Shown here: positions 26,611-38,800 of the stretch, one piece after another
Position numbering within the stretch: the first letter of the stretch is position 1
Layout of the letters: the number at the start of each line of letters is the position of its first letter
Source: Paramoeba atlantica
Lineage: Eukaryota; Protista; Discosea
Assembly (NCBI GenBank): GCA_977017575.1
Contig: CDRNVI010000138.1
Span: forward strand, 40,214-104,213
Direction of reading: 5' to 3'
Length of the DNA: 64,000 nucleotides
Notes under the pieces: generated by a model
The model's database searches: none
Told to the model about the DNA's origin: nothing
The model's input: only the letters and a program-made list of their open reading frames with translations
Translations under genes and position numbers: made by a program

Positions 26611-29600
26611 TTCTCATTTTCTCATTTCCTCTTCCTTTTTTTCTTTTTATAAAGATTGCAGCAATCCCAATTATCGAAACAAGAAATCGATGTGGTGTCC
26701 TCCTCCAAGAATGGGAAGATCACCCCCTCCTCTCTCAAATCTATCGTCTCTCCTCTCGTCTTCTCTCTTCTCCTTCTTCTCTCCCCCTTAAAAAATTAAT
26801 GGCGGGGACAGAACTTTTGCTACAGAAGATCAAAGAGTGGGGAAAATATGCTCATAAGGGCGTCACGATGTCAAATGAGGGAGAGAGGTTGACTGAGTTG
26901 TGTGGGAGGTGGAGGAAAGAGGAGTTGGAAGGATGGTCACGCTTAATTATTGCAAAGGATTTTGAGTGGAGTCGTAGAGTGGCGTCACAGATGTGGTTTC
27001 GGATGTATAAGTTGTTGGTTTTGAGGGAAGGGGGAGGTGAACAGAGAGGAAAGGAAGAGATGGAAGGAGGAGAGGAGAGAGAGGGAGAGAGAGAAGAGGG
27101 AGGGAGATGGGATGATGAGGAGCTGACGTGGTTGTTTGAATTTTTGAGTGAATTTATTGAGGGGGCAAAAGTGGGTGATTTTCCTGTTAGGCATAGTATG
27201 TTGGCTATGTTTGGGTATCATTTGTATTCGAAGGGTGTGGCGTCACAAGATTTGAGAGAGAGGTTTTTTTTTTATTTTTATTTTTATTTTTATTTTTATT
27301 TTTTTTTATTTTTTTTTTTTGATTGGTTGTTTAACTTTTTTTTTTTCACAGAAATTTAGATTTAAGAATTTCACGACTTCTCTTACATTTGCACGCCTAT
27401 TATCGCCAATTTTATTCGACCTATATTGAAATCCGAGAAGTTCCTCTCTTCCTCTCTCTTTTCTTCTTTCTTCCTCTCTCTTCTCTTTGTTCATTTTACT
27501 TCTCTCTTTTTTGTCTCCTCTCTCCCTCCTCTCAATCACCCTCTTTTCTTCTGACATCTCTTTTCAATAGGAACAAAGCAGGCCGATTATTGAGAAAATG
27601 AACAGAGCAATTAAATTGGCCAAGTGGGATGATATTACTTATTATATCCAAAGAATTCAGGTCTTTCTTTCTCTTTTTTCGCTCTCTCGCTCTCTCTCTC
27701 TCTCTCTCCTTTCATCTCTTTTCTCTTTTATTCCTAAAGGAAATAATAATAATTGATTCTTTTTTTTTGTGAAGGTGGAAAAAACAACTCGACAATTGCA
27801 TAAAATGTGTATTGAAGAAGAGAAAGCTCTTGGACAGAAAATGGATATCGGTTTCTCTCTCTTCTCTCTTCTCTCTTCTTTTCACTTTCTTCTTTCTTCT
27901 TTCATTTTTTTTTCATAATTCTAATTTTTCTCTTTTAGTCTGGCAAAGATACGAAGAAAGAGAAGGAGAGAAGCTTTTAGGAGAAGATGACAGAGAAGAA
28001 AGGAAGAGAGAAGGAGATAGAGAGAGAAAGAAAAGGGAGAGGAGAGAGAGAAAGGAGAGAAGGAAAGAAAGGAGGGAGAAAAGAGAAGAGAAAAAGAGAG
28101 AGGAGAAAATGGGAGAGAAGAAGAGAAAGAAAAGAGAGAGAGAAAGGGAGATAGAGAGACAAGAAAAGGAAAAAGAAGAGAGACAAAAGAAAAGAGAAGA
28201 GATGGAGAAAGAAGAAAGAGAGAGAGAAAAAGAAATTGAATTTAATTTCTTTTCAATTGAGACAGAAAATTTTCTTTCTCATATCATTTCTCTCTCTGAA
28301 TTCCTCTCTTCTCTGAAATTTCAATTTTATTCCTCTCAACTTCCTCCTCTCTCCTCTTCTTCTTCTTCTCTTTCTTCCTCTCTCCCCCATCTCTCTTCCC
28401 GCCTCTCTTCTCACCTTCTCTCCTCTCTCCTCTCTCTCCCCTCTTCAAAACAAAGAACTCTCGCTCTCTCTTCTCTCTCTACTCTCCCTGCTCTCCTTCT
28501 CTCACGCACTCTCTACTTCCAAAACTCAAAAAAAGCAACAAAACAACAAAAGAGACTCTCTCTTTCTCTTCTCTTCTCTCTTTTGAAAGATATTGGTGTC
28601 ACAAGTGGTCTTGCGGGAATTCCAGGAGGTGTCACACGTTCTGCATGGGTGATGTCACAATCTCTTTTATTCCCCCCCTCTGTGCACAGTTTCGATTTAG
28701 AAAGTAAAAGAGAAAAAGAAAGAGAAACAGAAAGAGAAAAAGAAAGAGAAACAAACCACATCATCAACCTCTCTTTCTCTCCCATTCACTACACTTCCTC
28801 TCTTGTTTCTTCTCTCCTTCCTTCCTCTCTCTCTCCTTCTTCACCATCTCCATCTTCACACTTTCTCTCTCCCCTCTCTCCCCTCCTCTCTCAAACCCAC
28901 TCCCTCCTCTACAAATCGGACAAACAACACTACTCCCTCCTCTCCCGGATCCAAACATTGCGTAGCGTCACAGAACAGCGCTTAAATAGAGACCTAAATG
29001 ATAGAGAGAGGAGAGAGGGGAGAGGAGTTGGAGAGAATATGTTTTATTGTGTTTTGAGACAAAGAGAAGAGATTGTCAGGTTTGGAGATGGGATGAATTG
29101 TTTGGTTTCTTTATGTTTTGCTTTTGGGAGGTTGGTTTCTAGTCCTGTTTCTCCTTTGCAATTTCAGGTTTTTTTTTTATTTATTATTATTTTTTTATTT
29201 TTTTATTTTTTTAGTTCTTTTATTTATTTATTTAATAATTTTTAATATTTTGAAGAACCGAAATTAACAAATATTTTATTTTCTTAAAGATCAAAGAAAG
29301 TTTCTTCACCGCAAAAGATTGTCTCCTTCACACACTCCAAATGCTTGTTGAATTTAAGATTTCAATTTCTTCTCTTCAAAAAGGAAAAGTGTTTTCTTCC
29401 TCTTCTTCTCCAAAATGGAAAGAAATTTTAAATTATATTTCAAAAGAAGAAGAAAAGTTGTCAAAATTACGGGACAAATGTCTCAAAATTCTTCTCTCTT
29501 TTACCTCTTGTAAAAGAGAAGGAGGTGAAGAAAGAGAAATAGAGAGAGAGGAAGAAGAAGAGAAAGGGAATGTTTTATTTAGTTTGGAGGATGGAGAAAA

Positions 29601-32208
29601 TGTTTTGGAAATTGTAAAAGAAATTCTTTTATTTGGCGACTCTCTGACGAGGTTTCTTTTCTTTCTTTCTTTTTTTACAATCTTTTTTGAATTTCTAATT
29701 CTTTTCCTCTCATCCTATTTCTCTCACTCTCTCTCTTCTCCTTCTCTTTAAATCAAAAGTAATGTACTTTCCAAGCTCCCTTCATCAATCACAAACTCAA
29801 TCTCTTCCCACCTCACACAAAACAAACTTCTTCTCTCAAAACCTCTCTCTATCCTCTCTGTCCTCTCTCAAAATATTCCCCCCGCCTATAAAAATATTTC
29901 CCCCGCCCAAGAAAACTCTGCCGAAGTGTCACATTTATCCGAAGTTGATAACGAATTCGTTGAGGGGTTCCTTCCACTCTTTGATCGCGGAATAAAATCT
30001 ATTTTGGTTTGTACTCAGAGAGTGGTTAAATTGGCGGAGAAAATGAAATTTTTGGAAGGAAAGAGAGGAGAGGAAGAGAGAGAGGAAAGGTATGAGAAAG
30101 AGAGGAAGAAAGCTTTGGAGAGGAAAGAGAGAAGAGATGGAGGAGAGAGTAGTGAAGATGAAGAAGAGATGGAAGAGAGTGATGAAGAAAGAGAAGAAGA
30201 GAGAAAGAGAGAAAGGAGAGAGAAAAGAGAAAAGGAAAAACCAAAAGCGGGAGAAGAGGAAGGAGAAGAAGAAGAAGAAGAAGAAATTGGGATTGAAGAG
30301 ATGGGAGAAATTCAATTTGGTGCATTGTGTGACTACCACACAGAGATTGGATCAATTTTATTTGAGAGGTCACGAATTATTGAGAAATTGAGAGAATTGC
30401 ATTCTTTTGTATTGGAGTATATTGGGGCCAATTCTCCTCTTTCTTCTCCTTCCTCTCTTTCTTCTCTTTCTTCTCTTTCTTCTCTTTCTTCCCCATTTTC
30501 TCCAGGTTTTCTTGCAACATTATCATGGGCATCTCAAAGGTCTTTTCTATCTTTTCTTTCTTTCTCTCTCTCCTTCCTTTTTCTTTCTTTCTCTCTCTTT
30601 CTAATCTCTCTTTTCTAATTTCCAACAGATTACATGATCTCTTCCCTCTTATTCTTCATCTTTCAACATTCTCTCTCTCTGCATTCGGCGAATATGTCAC
30701 ATTTCATCACGTCACAAGTCGTTGCGCAGCGTCACTCATTCGATTATTTACAACATTGATGAGGAAGGGATTTTGTGCTGTGGAAGAGGAAGAGGAGGGA
30801 GAGGGGGAGAGAGGAGAAGAGGGAGAAGAAGGAGGGGTTGGATTGGCAGAAGGAGAGGGAGAGAAAGAGAGAGAGAAGGGAGAAGAGGATGAAGAGAAGT
30901 TGTTGGAGAAAGGGAAGGAGGAGGAAGAAGAGAGAGGGAAGAGAGAGATTGAGGAAGAAGAGGGGGGGGTGGAGATGGAGAATGATTTTGAGGGTGAGAT
31001 GTTTGATAAGAAGAGAGAAGAGAGAGAGGAGGGAGAGGAAGAGGGGGAGGAGAGAGAGGAAGAGGAGATGGAGAGAGAGATGGGGGAGGTGGATAGTGAA
31101 GAGGAAGAGATTGTTGATGAGAAGATGTGGGGAGATGAAGATAAAGAAGAGGATATTGAGAGAGAGGAAGAGAAGATGGAGAAGAGAGATGGAGAAGATG
31201 GAGGAGGGGAAGAGGAAGAGAAAGAGTTGATGGCGAAGGGAGAAGAAGAGGAGAAAGAGAAGGGGAAGAAGAAAGATGAGAAGAAAGGGAAAGAGAGAAA
31301 AGAAGAAGAAGAAAAGGGAAAAGAGAGAGGAGAAGAAGAAGAGGGAGAGGGGGAGGGGGAGGGAGAAGAAGAAGAGAAGAGAGAGGGAGAAGAGAAAGGT
31401 GAAGAAGAGAAAGAGAAAGGAGAAGGAGAAGAAGAAGAAGAAGAAGAGGGAGGAGTTCATGAAGAAAATTATCAAGAAGATCAACATTTAAACCCCAAAA
31501 AAGAAGATAAAGAATTTGAATTTCCTGATGAAATGGAAATTGGAGAAGAAGAAGAAGAAGAGAAAGAGAAAGAAGAAGAAGAAGGAGAGGGAGATGAAGG
31601 AGCTGAGGGAGAGAGAGAGGAAGAGGAAGAGAAGGGAGGGAGAGAGAGGGATATGAGAGAGGATTTGGGAAAAGAAGAGGGGGATGAAGAAAAAGAAAAG
31701 GGAGAAGAAGAGGGAAAAGAAGAGGGAGAAGAGGAGAAAAGAGAAGAAAAAGAAGATGAAGAGATGGGAGAGGGAGAAGGAGAAGAAGGAGAAAGAGAAG
31801 AGAAAGAAATCGGAGGAGAGAGCGACGAAGACGAAAAAATGGAAGAGAAAGAAGAAGAAGAAGAGAAAGAGAAAGAAGAAGAAGAAAGAAATACAGGTTT
31901 TTCTGAACAAAGAGGAGAAAATGCACAAGAAGAAGAACAAGAAGAAGAAAAAGAAGAAGAGGAAAATTCGGTGGAAATGTCAATGAAATCTCAATATGAT
32001 GATGTGGCTGAAGGTGTCGAGGATATGACTGCCAATAGCGCTGCGACACGTGGAGGAAATGAGGGAATGGAACAGGTTTTGTTTTTTTTATTTTTTATTT
32101 TTTAATTATTTTTTTAATTTTAATTTTTATTTTTTAAATTTTGTTTTATTGATATTTTGTTTACAATTTTTTTCCTTCCCAAACTACAGAAAAGAACAGA
32201 AGAGCAAG

Positions 32209-32240
<32 letters not shown>

Positions 32241-34154
32241 GATTCTTCTTCTGAAAGAGATCAATTTTCTTCTGGAAAAAGTTCGCATGATGAGCCTCAA
32301 CAAAAGAGGTTTTCTTTTTCATTTCCATTTTTTTCTTTTCTTTTCTTCTTTTCTCTTCTTATTTAATTTATTGGATCATTTTTCTCTTCTCCCTCCCCTC
32401 TCTCCCTTCCCTCTCTCTCTTTCCTCTCTCTCTCAACAGAGAAAAAATGGAATACAACCCAAATTGGAACGCAGGTGATGCACAAAAGAAATGGAAAGAT
32501 CGTCTCAATTTATTAGAAAGAGAGAGAGAAGGAGGAGAGAGAGAGGAAGAAAAGAGAGAAGAGAGAGAAGAAGAGGAGGAGGGGAGAGAGGGAGAGAGAG
32601 AGGAAGAAGAAGAGGGGATGTATGAGATTGTGAGAGAGGAAGAAGAGAGAGAGAGAGGAGAGGAACAGACTCTTGCTCCTTCTGCTCCTGATTCTGCTAC
32701 TGTTCCTTCTTCTGAATTAGAACAAGAGAAAAAGGTTATCTTCTTTCTTTCTTCTCTCTCTTTCTTTCTTTTTCTCTTCTCTCTCTTCTCTCTCTCCCTC
32801 TCTCCCTTCTTCTCTCCCTTCTCTTCTCTCTCTTTCTCTTTCTTTCTAACAAACAAACAAAAGGAAAAAGACGAAAAAGAAGACGAAAAAATGGAAGATG
32901 CTTTTTCATTAGAAGAAGAGAAAGAGAAAAAGAGAGAAGATCTTTTGGAGAAAGAGAAAGAAGAAGAAGAGAAGGGAGAGAAAGAGGAAGGAGAGAAAGG
33001 GGAGAGAGAGAAGAAGAAAGAGGAGGGAGAGGAGGGGGAGAAAGAGGGGGGGGAGAGAGAGGAAGAGAGAGAAGAGGTTTGTTTTTTACTTATTTATTTT
33101 TATTTATTTTTATTTTTATTTTTATTTTTATTTTTATTTTTATTTTTATTTTTTTTTTTTATATTATTTTTTTTTTGTATTTTACTAATTTATTTTTCTT
33201 TTTTTCCTTCCATTCGAAATTTCTCTTCTCTCTCTCCTCTTTCTTCTCTTTCTCAGATGCCACAAGAAGAAAGACCACCACTCATCCAAACCCAAACCGA
33301 AAAAGAAAAAGAAAAAGAAAAAGAAGAAGAAGAAGAAGAGAGAGAGAGAGAAGAACTAACAGAAGAGAAAGTAAGAGAGTTGAGAGAGGAAATGGAGACT
33401 CATTTTGAGGCTCTTAGGAGAGATCCTTCTCTTCTTCAAGAGGTTTTTTTCTTCTTTCTTTCTTTCTTCTTCTCTTCTCTTCTCTTCTCTTCTCTCCTTT
33501 TTTCATTCTAAAAAAAAAGGATATTCAACAACGACACAACAATAAATAAATAAATAATAATTAATTAACAAACTGGGACAAATAATGAACAATGTAAAAG
33601 ATTAACAAATCGCTTGTCGCGAGATCTTTCTGAACACTAAATAATAAATAATAAATAAATAATAATAAATAATAATAAATAACAAATAAATAATAATAAA
33701 TAAATAAATAAATAAATAAAAATTGATAATTAGTAATAAAACAAACAGGGACAAATAATATGGGAACAATGCAAAAGATTAACAAGTCACTTGTCACAAG
33801 ATCTTTCTGAACAATTGCGTCTCATTCTCGCTCCTACTCTCGCTTCGAAATTGAAAGTTTTTATTTTTATTTTTTTTTATTTTTATTTTTATTTTTATTT
33901 TTTATTTTATTTTAATTTATTTTAATTTATTTATTCTTTTTGATTATTTATTTTATTTTTCTAAAAAAAACCTCTCTCTCTTTCCTCTTTTACTTTCTTC
34001 TTCTCTTTTTTGAAAACTCAACTTTTTAATAAAAAAGGGAGATTACGCAACCGGAAAAAGAATAAGTATGAAAAAAGTGATCCCATACATTGCAAGTCAA
34101 TTTAAGAAAGACAAAATTTGGATGAGAAGAACAAAGGTTCATTTTTATCTTATT

Positions 34155-34185
<31 letters not shown>

Positions 34186-34807
34186 TTTCTTTTTTTTAAT
34201 GATTGTTTTTTTTTAATTCTCTTTTTTTTCTTCTCTTTTTCTTTTTCTCTCTCTCCCCTCTCTCTCTCTCCCCTCTCTCTCTCCCTCTCTCTCTCTCTCC
34301 CCCTCTCTCCCACACAACAACAGCCAGAAAAACGAAACTACCAAGTAATGATAGCAATTGACGACTCAGAAAGTATGTCACACAATAAAGCGGGACAGCT
34401 GGCGTGTGAGTCACTCGCCTTGATTGGTAATGCTATGTCTAATTTGGAAGTTGGTCAAATTTCTCTTGTTAAGTTTGGTGATGGTGTTCAGGTTTTTGTT
34501 TTGTTTTTATTTTATTTTATTATTATTTTATTATTACTTTATTATTTTTATTATTTTTGTTTGTTATTTTTGTTTATTATTTTTTGTTTTTTGATTTTTG
34601 ATTTTTGATTTTTGATTTTTGATTTTTGATTTTTGATTTTTGATTTTTGATTTTTGATTTTTGATTTTTGATTTTTGATTTTTGATTTTTGATTTTTGAT
34701 TTTTAAATTGGTAAATATTTTTTCTTGATTTTCCATTTGATTTTTCTCTTTTTTTTTTCCCTCCATCATCTAATCTTCTCTTCTCCTCTCTCTCCACTCT
34801 CTCTCTC

Positions 34808-34842
<35 letters not shown>

Positions 34843-35513
34843 TCTCTCTCCCCTCCTCTAGCTTGTACACCCATTCGAAGAACCATTTGTGGATCAAGTG
34901 GGTCCTCGTGTAATGTCACAATTTTCTTTTAAACAAAAGAGAACAAATGTGGCAAAGTTTATGGAACTTTCTGTTCAAATGTTGGAACAACAAAGGTTCT
35001 TTTTCTTTGTTTTTTTTTTATTTTTTTAATCTTTTAATTCTTTGATTCTTTTATTCGAATTTTTTTATTTTTTATTTATTTTTTATTTTTTTGATTTTAT
35101 TTTTCTCTTTTGATTTTTATGAAAAATCTTTTTTTTTTCATAATTTCTATTTTTCAAAAAAAAATTAAAAAAAAAAAAAAAACAGAATGTTATCAACAAG
35201 AGGATGTGACACCCGCCAACTCCTCCTCATCATCTCAGACGGCCGCCTCGACCAAAGAGAAAAAGTCGAATTTTGGGCAAGAGAAGCAGAAGAACACAAC
35301 ATCTTTGTAGTCATTATCATTTTAGATTCAATTTTAGGAAAAGATTCAATTTTGGATTTAAAGAGCGTCACGTTTGTAAAAGGAAAACCAGTTGTTCAGA
35401 GATATATGGATCAGTTTCCTTTTTGGTATTATGTTGTTATTTCTGATATTAAGGCGTTGCCTTCTATTTTGGCTGATGCTTTGAGGCAATGGTTTGAATT
35501 GTTGAATTCTTAA
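8403..35513 (+). CDS. MDN1: Midasin/Rea1 AAA-ATPase (six AAA modules, linker, D/E-rich region, MIDAS/vWA), many introns
   Basis: After splicing there are six Walker A motifs (GIPGSGKS, GETGAGKT, GPTSSGKT, GETGCGKT, GSPGVGKT, GPAGSGKT) and Walker B/DEINLA motifs. Also EQLRLILAPTLASKLK-GDYATGKRISMKKVIPYIASQF, MIDAS DDSESM, and terminal LPSILADALRQWFE. Confidence 0.95.
30775..31975 (+). repeat. About 1.2 kb almost purely A/G tract encoding the midasin D/E-rich region
   Basis: GAA/GAG/AGA-dominated sequence with very few pyrimidines, in frame with ORF 30525-32105. Confidence 0.85.
33568..33813 (+). repeat. Degenerate intronic duplicate (33568-33636) of the acceptor and first ~65 nt of the downstream midasin exon (33749 onward)
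   Basis: The two copies align directly. The intronic copy has CAG>CTG at the acceptor, a 4-nt deletion and five further substitutions. Confidence 0.9.
34593..34703 (+). repeat. (GATTTTT)n heptamer microsatellite in a midasin intron
   Basis: About 16 contiguous copies. They produce the spurious antisense KSKIKNQ ORFs in the track. Confidence 0.9.
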
Positions 35514-35878
35514 ATTTTGTTGTTTGTTTTTTTATTAATTAATAAAGAAGTGATTTTTTGAAAACAAAAAATAATGATTTTTTTGAGGGGAAAAGGAGTG
35601 TCACTTTTTTGTTCAAGAATGTTATGTTTCTTGTTTTATGTTGTTAATTCTAATCTTGTGTGTTTTATATTTTGGCTCATGATTTACTGTGGGCAATGAT
35701 TGGAACTGTTGAATTAATTCTTCATTTCTTTCTAAAATGAAGGGAAAACTCACGAAACTAACTCTTCTTCTACAAAAAAAAAAGAATGAAAAAAAATTTG
35801 GTCACCAAAATACCAAAAAAAAAAAAAATAAAAAATAATAAAACAGGGATAATTCACAATTTTCTCTTTTTTTTTTTT

Positions 35879-38800
35879 TCATTTCAACATATCCCGATCC
35901 AACCACAAAGACTTAGCATTCTCAATCATACGACAAACACACATATTACACAAACCAACATGAGAAAAAGACTCCTCCGCCCCCAAAGTCGCAGAATAAA
36001 GTAAATTTGGCCCAAAAACAATAGAAAGATTTTTCGCTGTCATTTTGTTTTTTTCTGATTTTTGGACTAGTTTGTGTAAAAGTAAGAAGAGAATGTTGAG
36101 TGCTCTTCGGTTTGGTTCGGGGAGTTTGAGGATTAGTTCTGTGATTTTTGTGGCCCATTTGTCTGGTCCTAGCTGGTCGTAATTTGCTGAGGAGATGGAA
36201 TAATTTAATGGAAATAAAAGTAAAATAAAATAAAATAAAATAAAATAAAATCAAAAAACAACAAAAGAAAAAAGGGGGGAAAAAAGGAAAAAGAAAAGAA
36301 AAAAGAGAGATAAAAAAAAGAGAGAGAAAAAAAAAAAGAAAAAAAAAAAAGAACCCTCAGCAGCGACAAAATCATCATACAAACCAAAAGACAAAAGAGG
36401 CTCAGGAAGTTCTCTCAAATATTGTTTGAGACATGACGCAACTGTATGTACACACACCTCTGATAAATCGATTGGTTGTGTTGGTGAACATTCTGTGAAG
36501 AGAAGAGAAGAGAAGAGGAGAAGAGGAGAAGAGGAGAAGAAGAGAAGAGGAGAAGAAGAGAAGAGGAGAAGAAGAGAGGAGTGGAGAGGAGAGGAGGTGA
36601 GAAGAGAAGGGGAAAGAAATCAATTTTTAAATAAGAAATTATTGAAATGAAATATTTTTATTCTTCTTTTCTTCTCTCCTTTCTTTCTCCCAATCTTTCT
36701 CACCTCTCTCTCTTTCTTTTCTTTTCTTTTCATAATTATTAAATCAATATCAAATAAAATATTTAATCAACAAAAAAAAAACCATCAAATTTTTCACGAA
36801 GAGCGACAATCCCATCTTTTGAACCACTCACACGAAAAATGCCTTCTGTTTCTAATCCTATTTTCTCGCTTAGATCTAGAGAAGGAGAGAGAAAGAAGAG
36901 AAGAGAAAAAAAACTTCCAAACAAAGATAAAAATAGATTGTTCCAAAACAATAGGAAGACACCATCTTTGAGAAGAGACAAGGAAAGAGAAGAGAAGAGA
37001 AGAGAAGAGAAAAGAAAAGGAAAAAACCTTCCGAAAACAGCAGGAAGACACCATCCTTGAGATGAGACAAGGAGAGAGAGAAGAGAGAGAGAAGAAAGAA
37101 AATACCTTCCAAACAAAGACAAAAAATAGACTGCTCCAAAACAGCAGGAAGACACCATCCTTGAGATGAGACAAGGAGAGAGAAGAGAGAGAGAAGAGAG
37201 AGAAGAGAGAGAGAAGAGAGAAAATACCTTCCAAACAAAGATAAAAAATAGATTGTTCCAAAACAGCAGGAAGACACCATCCTTGAGAAGTCTCGATAAG
37301 CACCTCCTCAAGTGGCGCCCCGAACACTTTTTTTTGTGGTCTTTTTTTTTTGTTTAAAAGAAAAGAAAAGAAAAAAATGAATGTTAAAAATAAAAATGGT
37401 GATGAAGGTAATTTTTATTATTATTTCGGTTGAATAATAATTAAAGACTCTTTCAATCTTATTTAATTTCAAATAATGATATTTTTAAATGATGATATTT
37501 TTAAGAAAGAGAAAGAGAGAGAGAGAGAGAGAGAAAACCTATGATAAAGAATAACAAATTCAGGTAAAAGAACACTGCGATTTTTAAATCTTTCTTCTCG
37601 ATAAAGATCAGTAGGTTCTTCGATATAAAATAATTTTTTCCAAAATTTGGTGCTTATTACTGGCTGGAAAGAAGGAGAAAAAAAAGAAAGTTTGTATTTT
37701 TTGAAAGAAAATAAAATGGGAAAGAAAGAAAGACAAAAGAACAGAAAAGAGAAGAGAAGAGATGAGAAGAGAAGAGAAGAGACGAGAAGAGAGAAGAGAG
37801 AGAAAAAGAACAAACCCGAAAAGCTCGAAAAAACATTTTAGTACTTGTCGTAGGGTGTACAATATACACTCCTTGCACATTCTTTCTATATCTGTTTCAC
37901 CAGTATTTTTAATTATTTATTCTTATTTCTTCTTATTAATTTACTTCTTATTATTCTTATTCTTTTTTATTCTTTATGATTATTTATGATTATTCTGAAT
38001 TAATATTCTCAATTAAACTTTCTCTCTTTCTCCCAATTGTTTTAATAATTTCTTTCTTCAAAAAAAAAGTACACAAACTTGCGACCAAAAAACTCATGAA
38101 CTTTCTTCAAAAAAGCATAATTTGGACGATTTTCAGAGGACATTCCAGAATTGCAAAATACCAAAACATATGGTTGATCAACAACTGAATCCATTTTCGA
38201 AATAAAATATAAAATGAGACGTGCCATGTCTACTTGGTTTGCTGGAATTTGTCTATAAAAATAATATTAATTAATTGATTATGAATGGAAACAAAATCAA
38301 TTGAAAAGAGAGTAAATTCAATTAATTCATGGAATAAGATTCATTTTTGAATTTAGATTTTGAATTTAATTTAAACTAGTTTAAATTTGCTCACCTGCCA
38401 ATTAACACCAGGATCTGATTCCCAAATGTATCCTTTCCTATGGAAAGAGAAGAAAAAGGATCATAAAGAAATATAAAGAAAAGAAAAGAAAAATTCAGAA
38501 AAAATTCAAAACAAAAAAAATCAAAAAGAAAAGTGAGTGATTGAAAAATAAAATCTCTTCAAACCAGAGAGGTAAAAAAAATTCTTGTCATCCAAATCAG
38601 TAAAATCTTCATTTTTTGACAATTCCAATAAAAGATCATACTCAGTTCTACAAACAAAAGATATTAGAAATCAAAAATTAAAAAAAAATCAATTGAAATT
38701 CTCTTAAAAATGAAATCTTTCACAAAAATCAAACATTTCAAATCATAAAATGAATCTAAAAGAAGAAAAAAAAAAAATGAATAACTTTTCAGAATCACCA

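Noticed and set aside
30744-32049. Long antisense Leu/Phe/Ser/Pro ORFs, and the many similar short ORFs in the track
   Set aside because: They are mirror images of purine or pyrimidine tracts, which cannot form stop codons. No independent coding signal.
36905-37290. CRISPR-like array
   Set aside because: The repeats are copies of an adjacent exon end, the spacers are CT microsatellites, and the context is eukaryotic with no cas genes.
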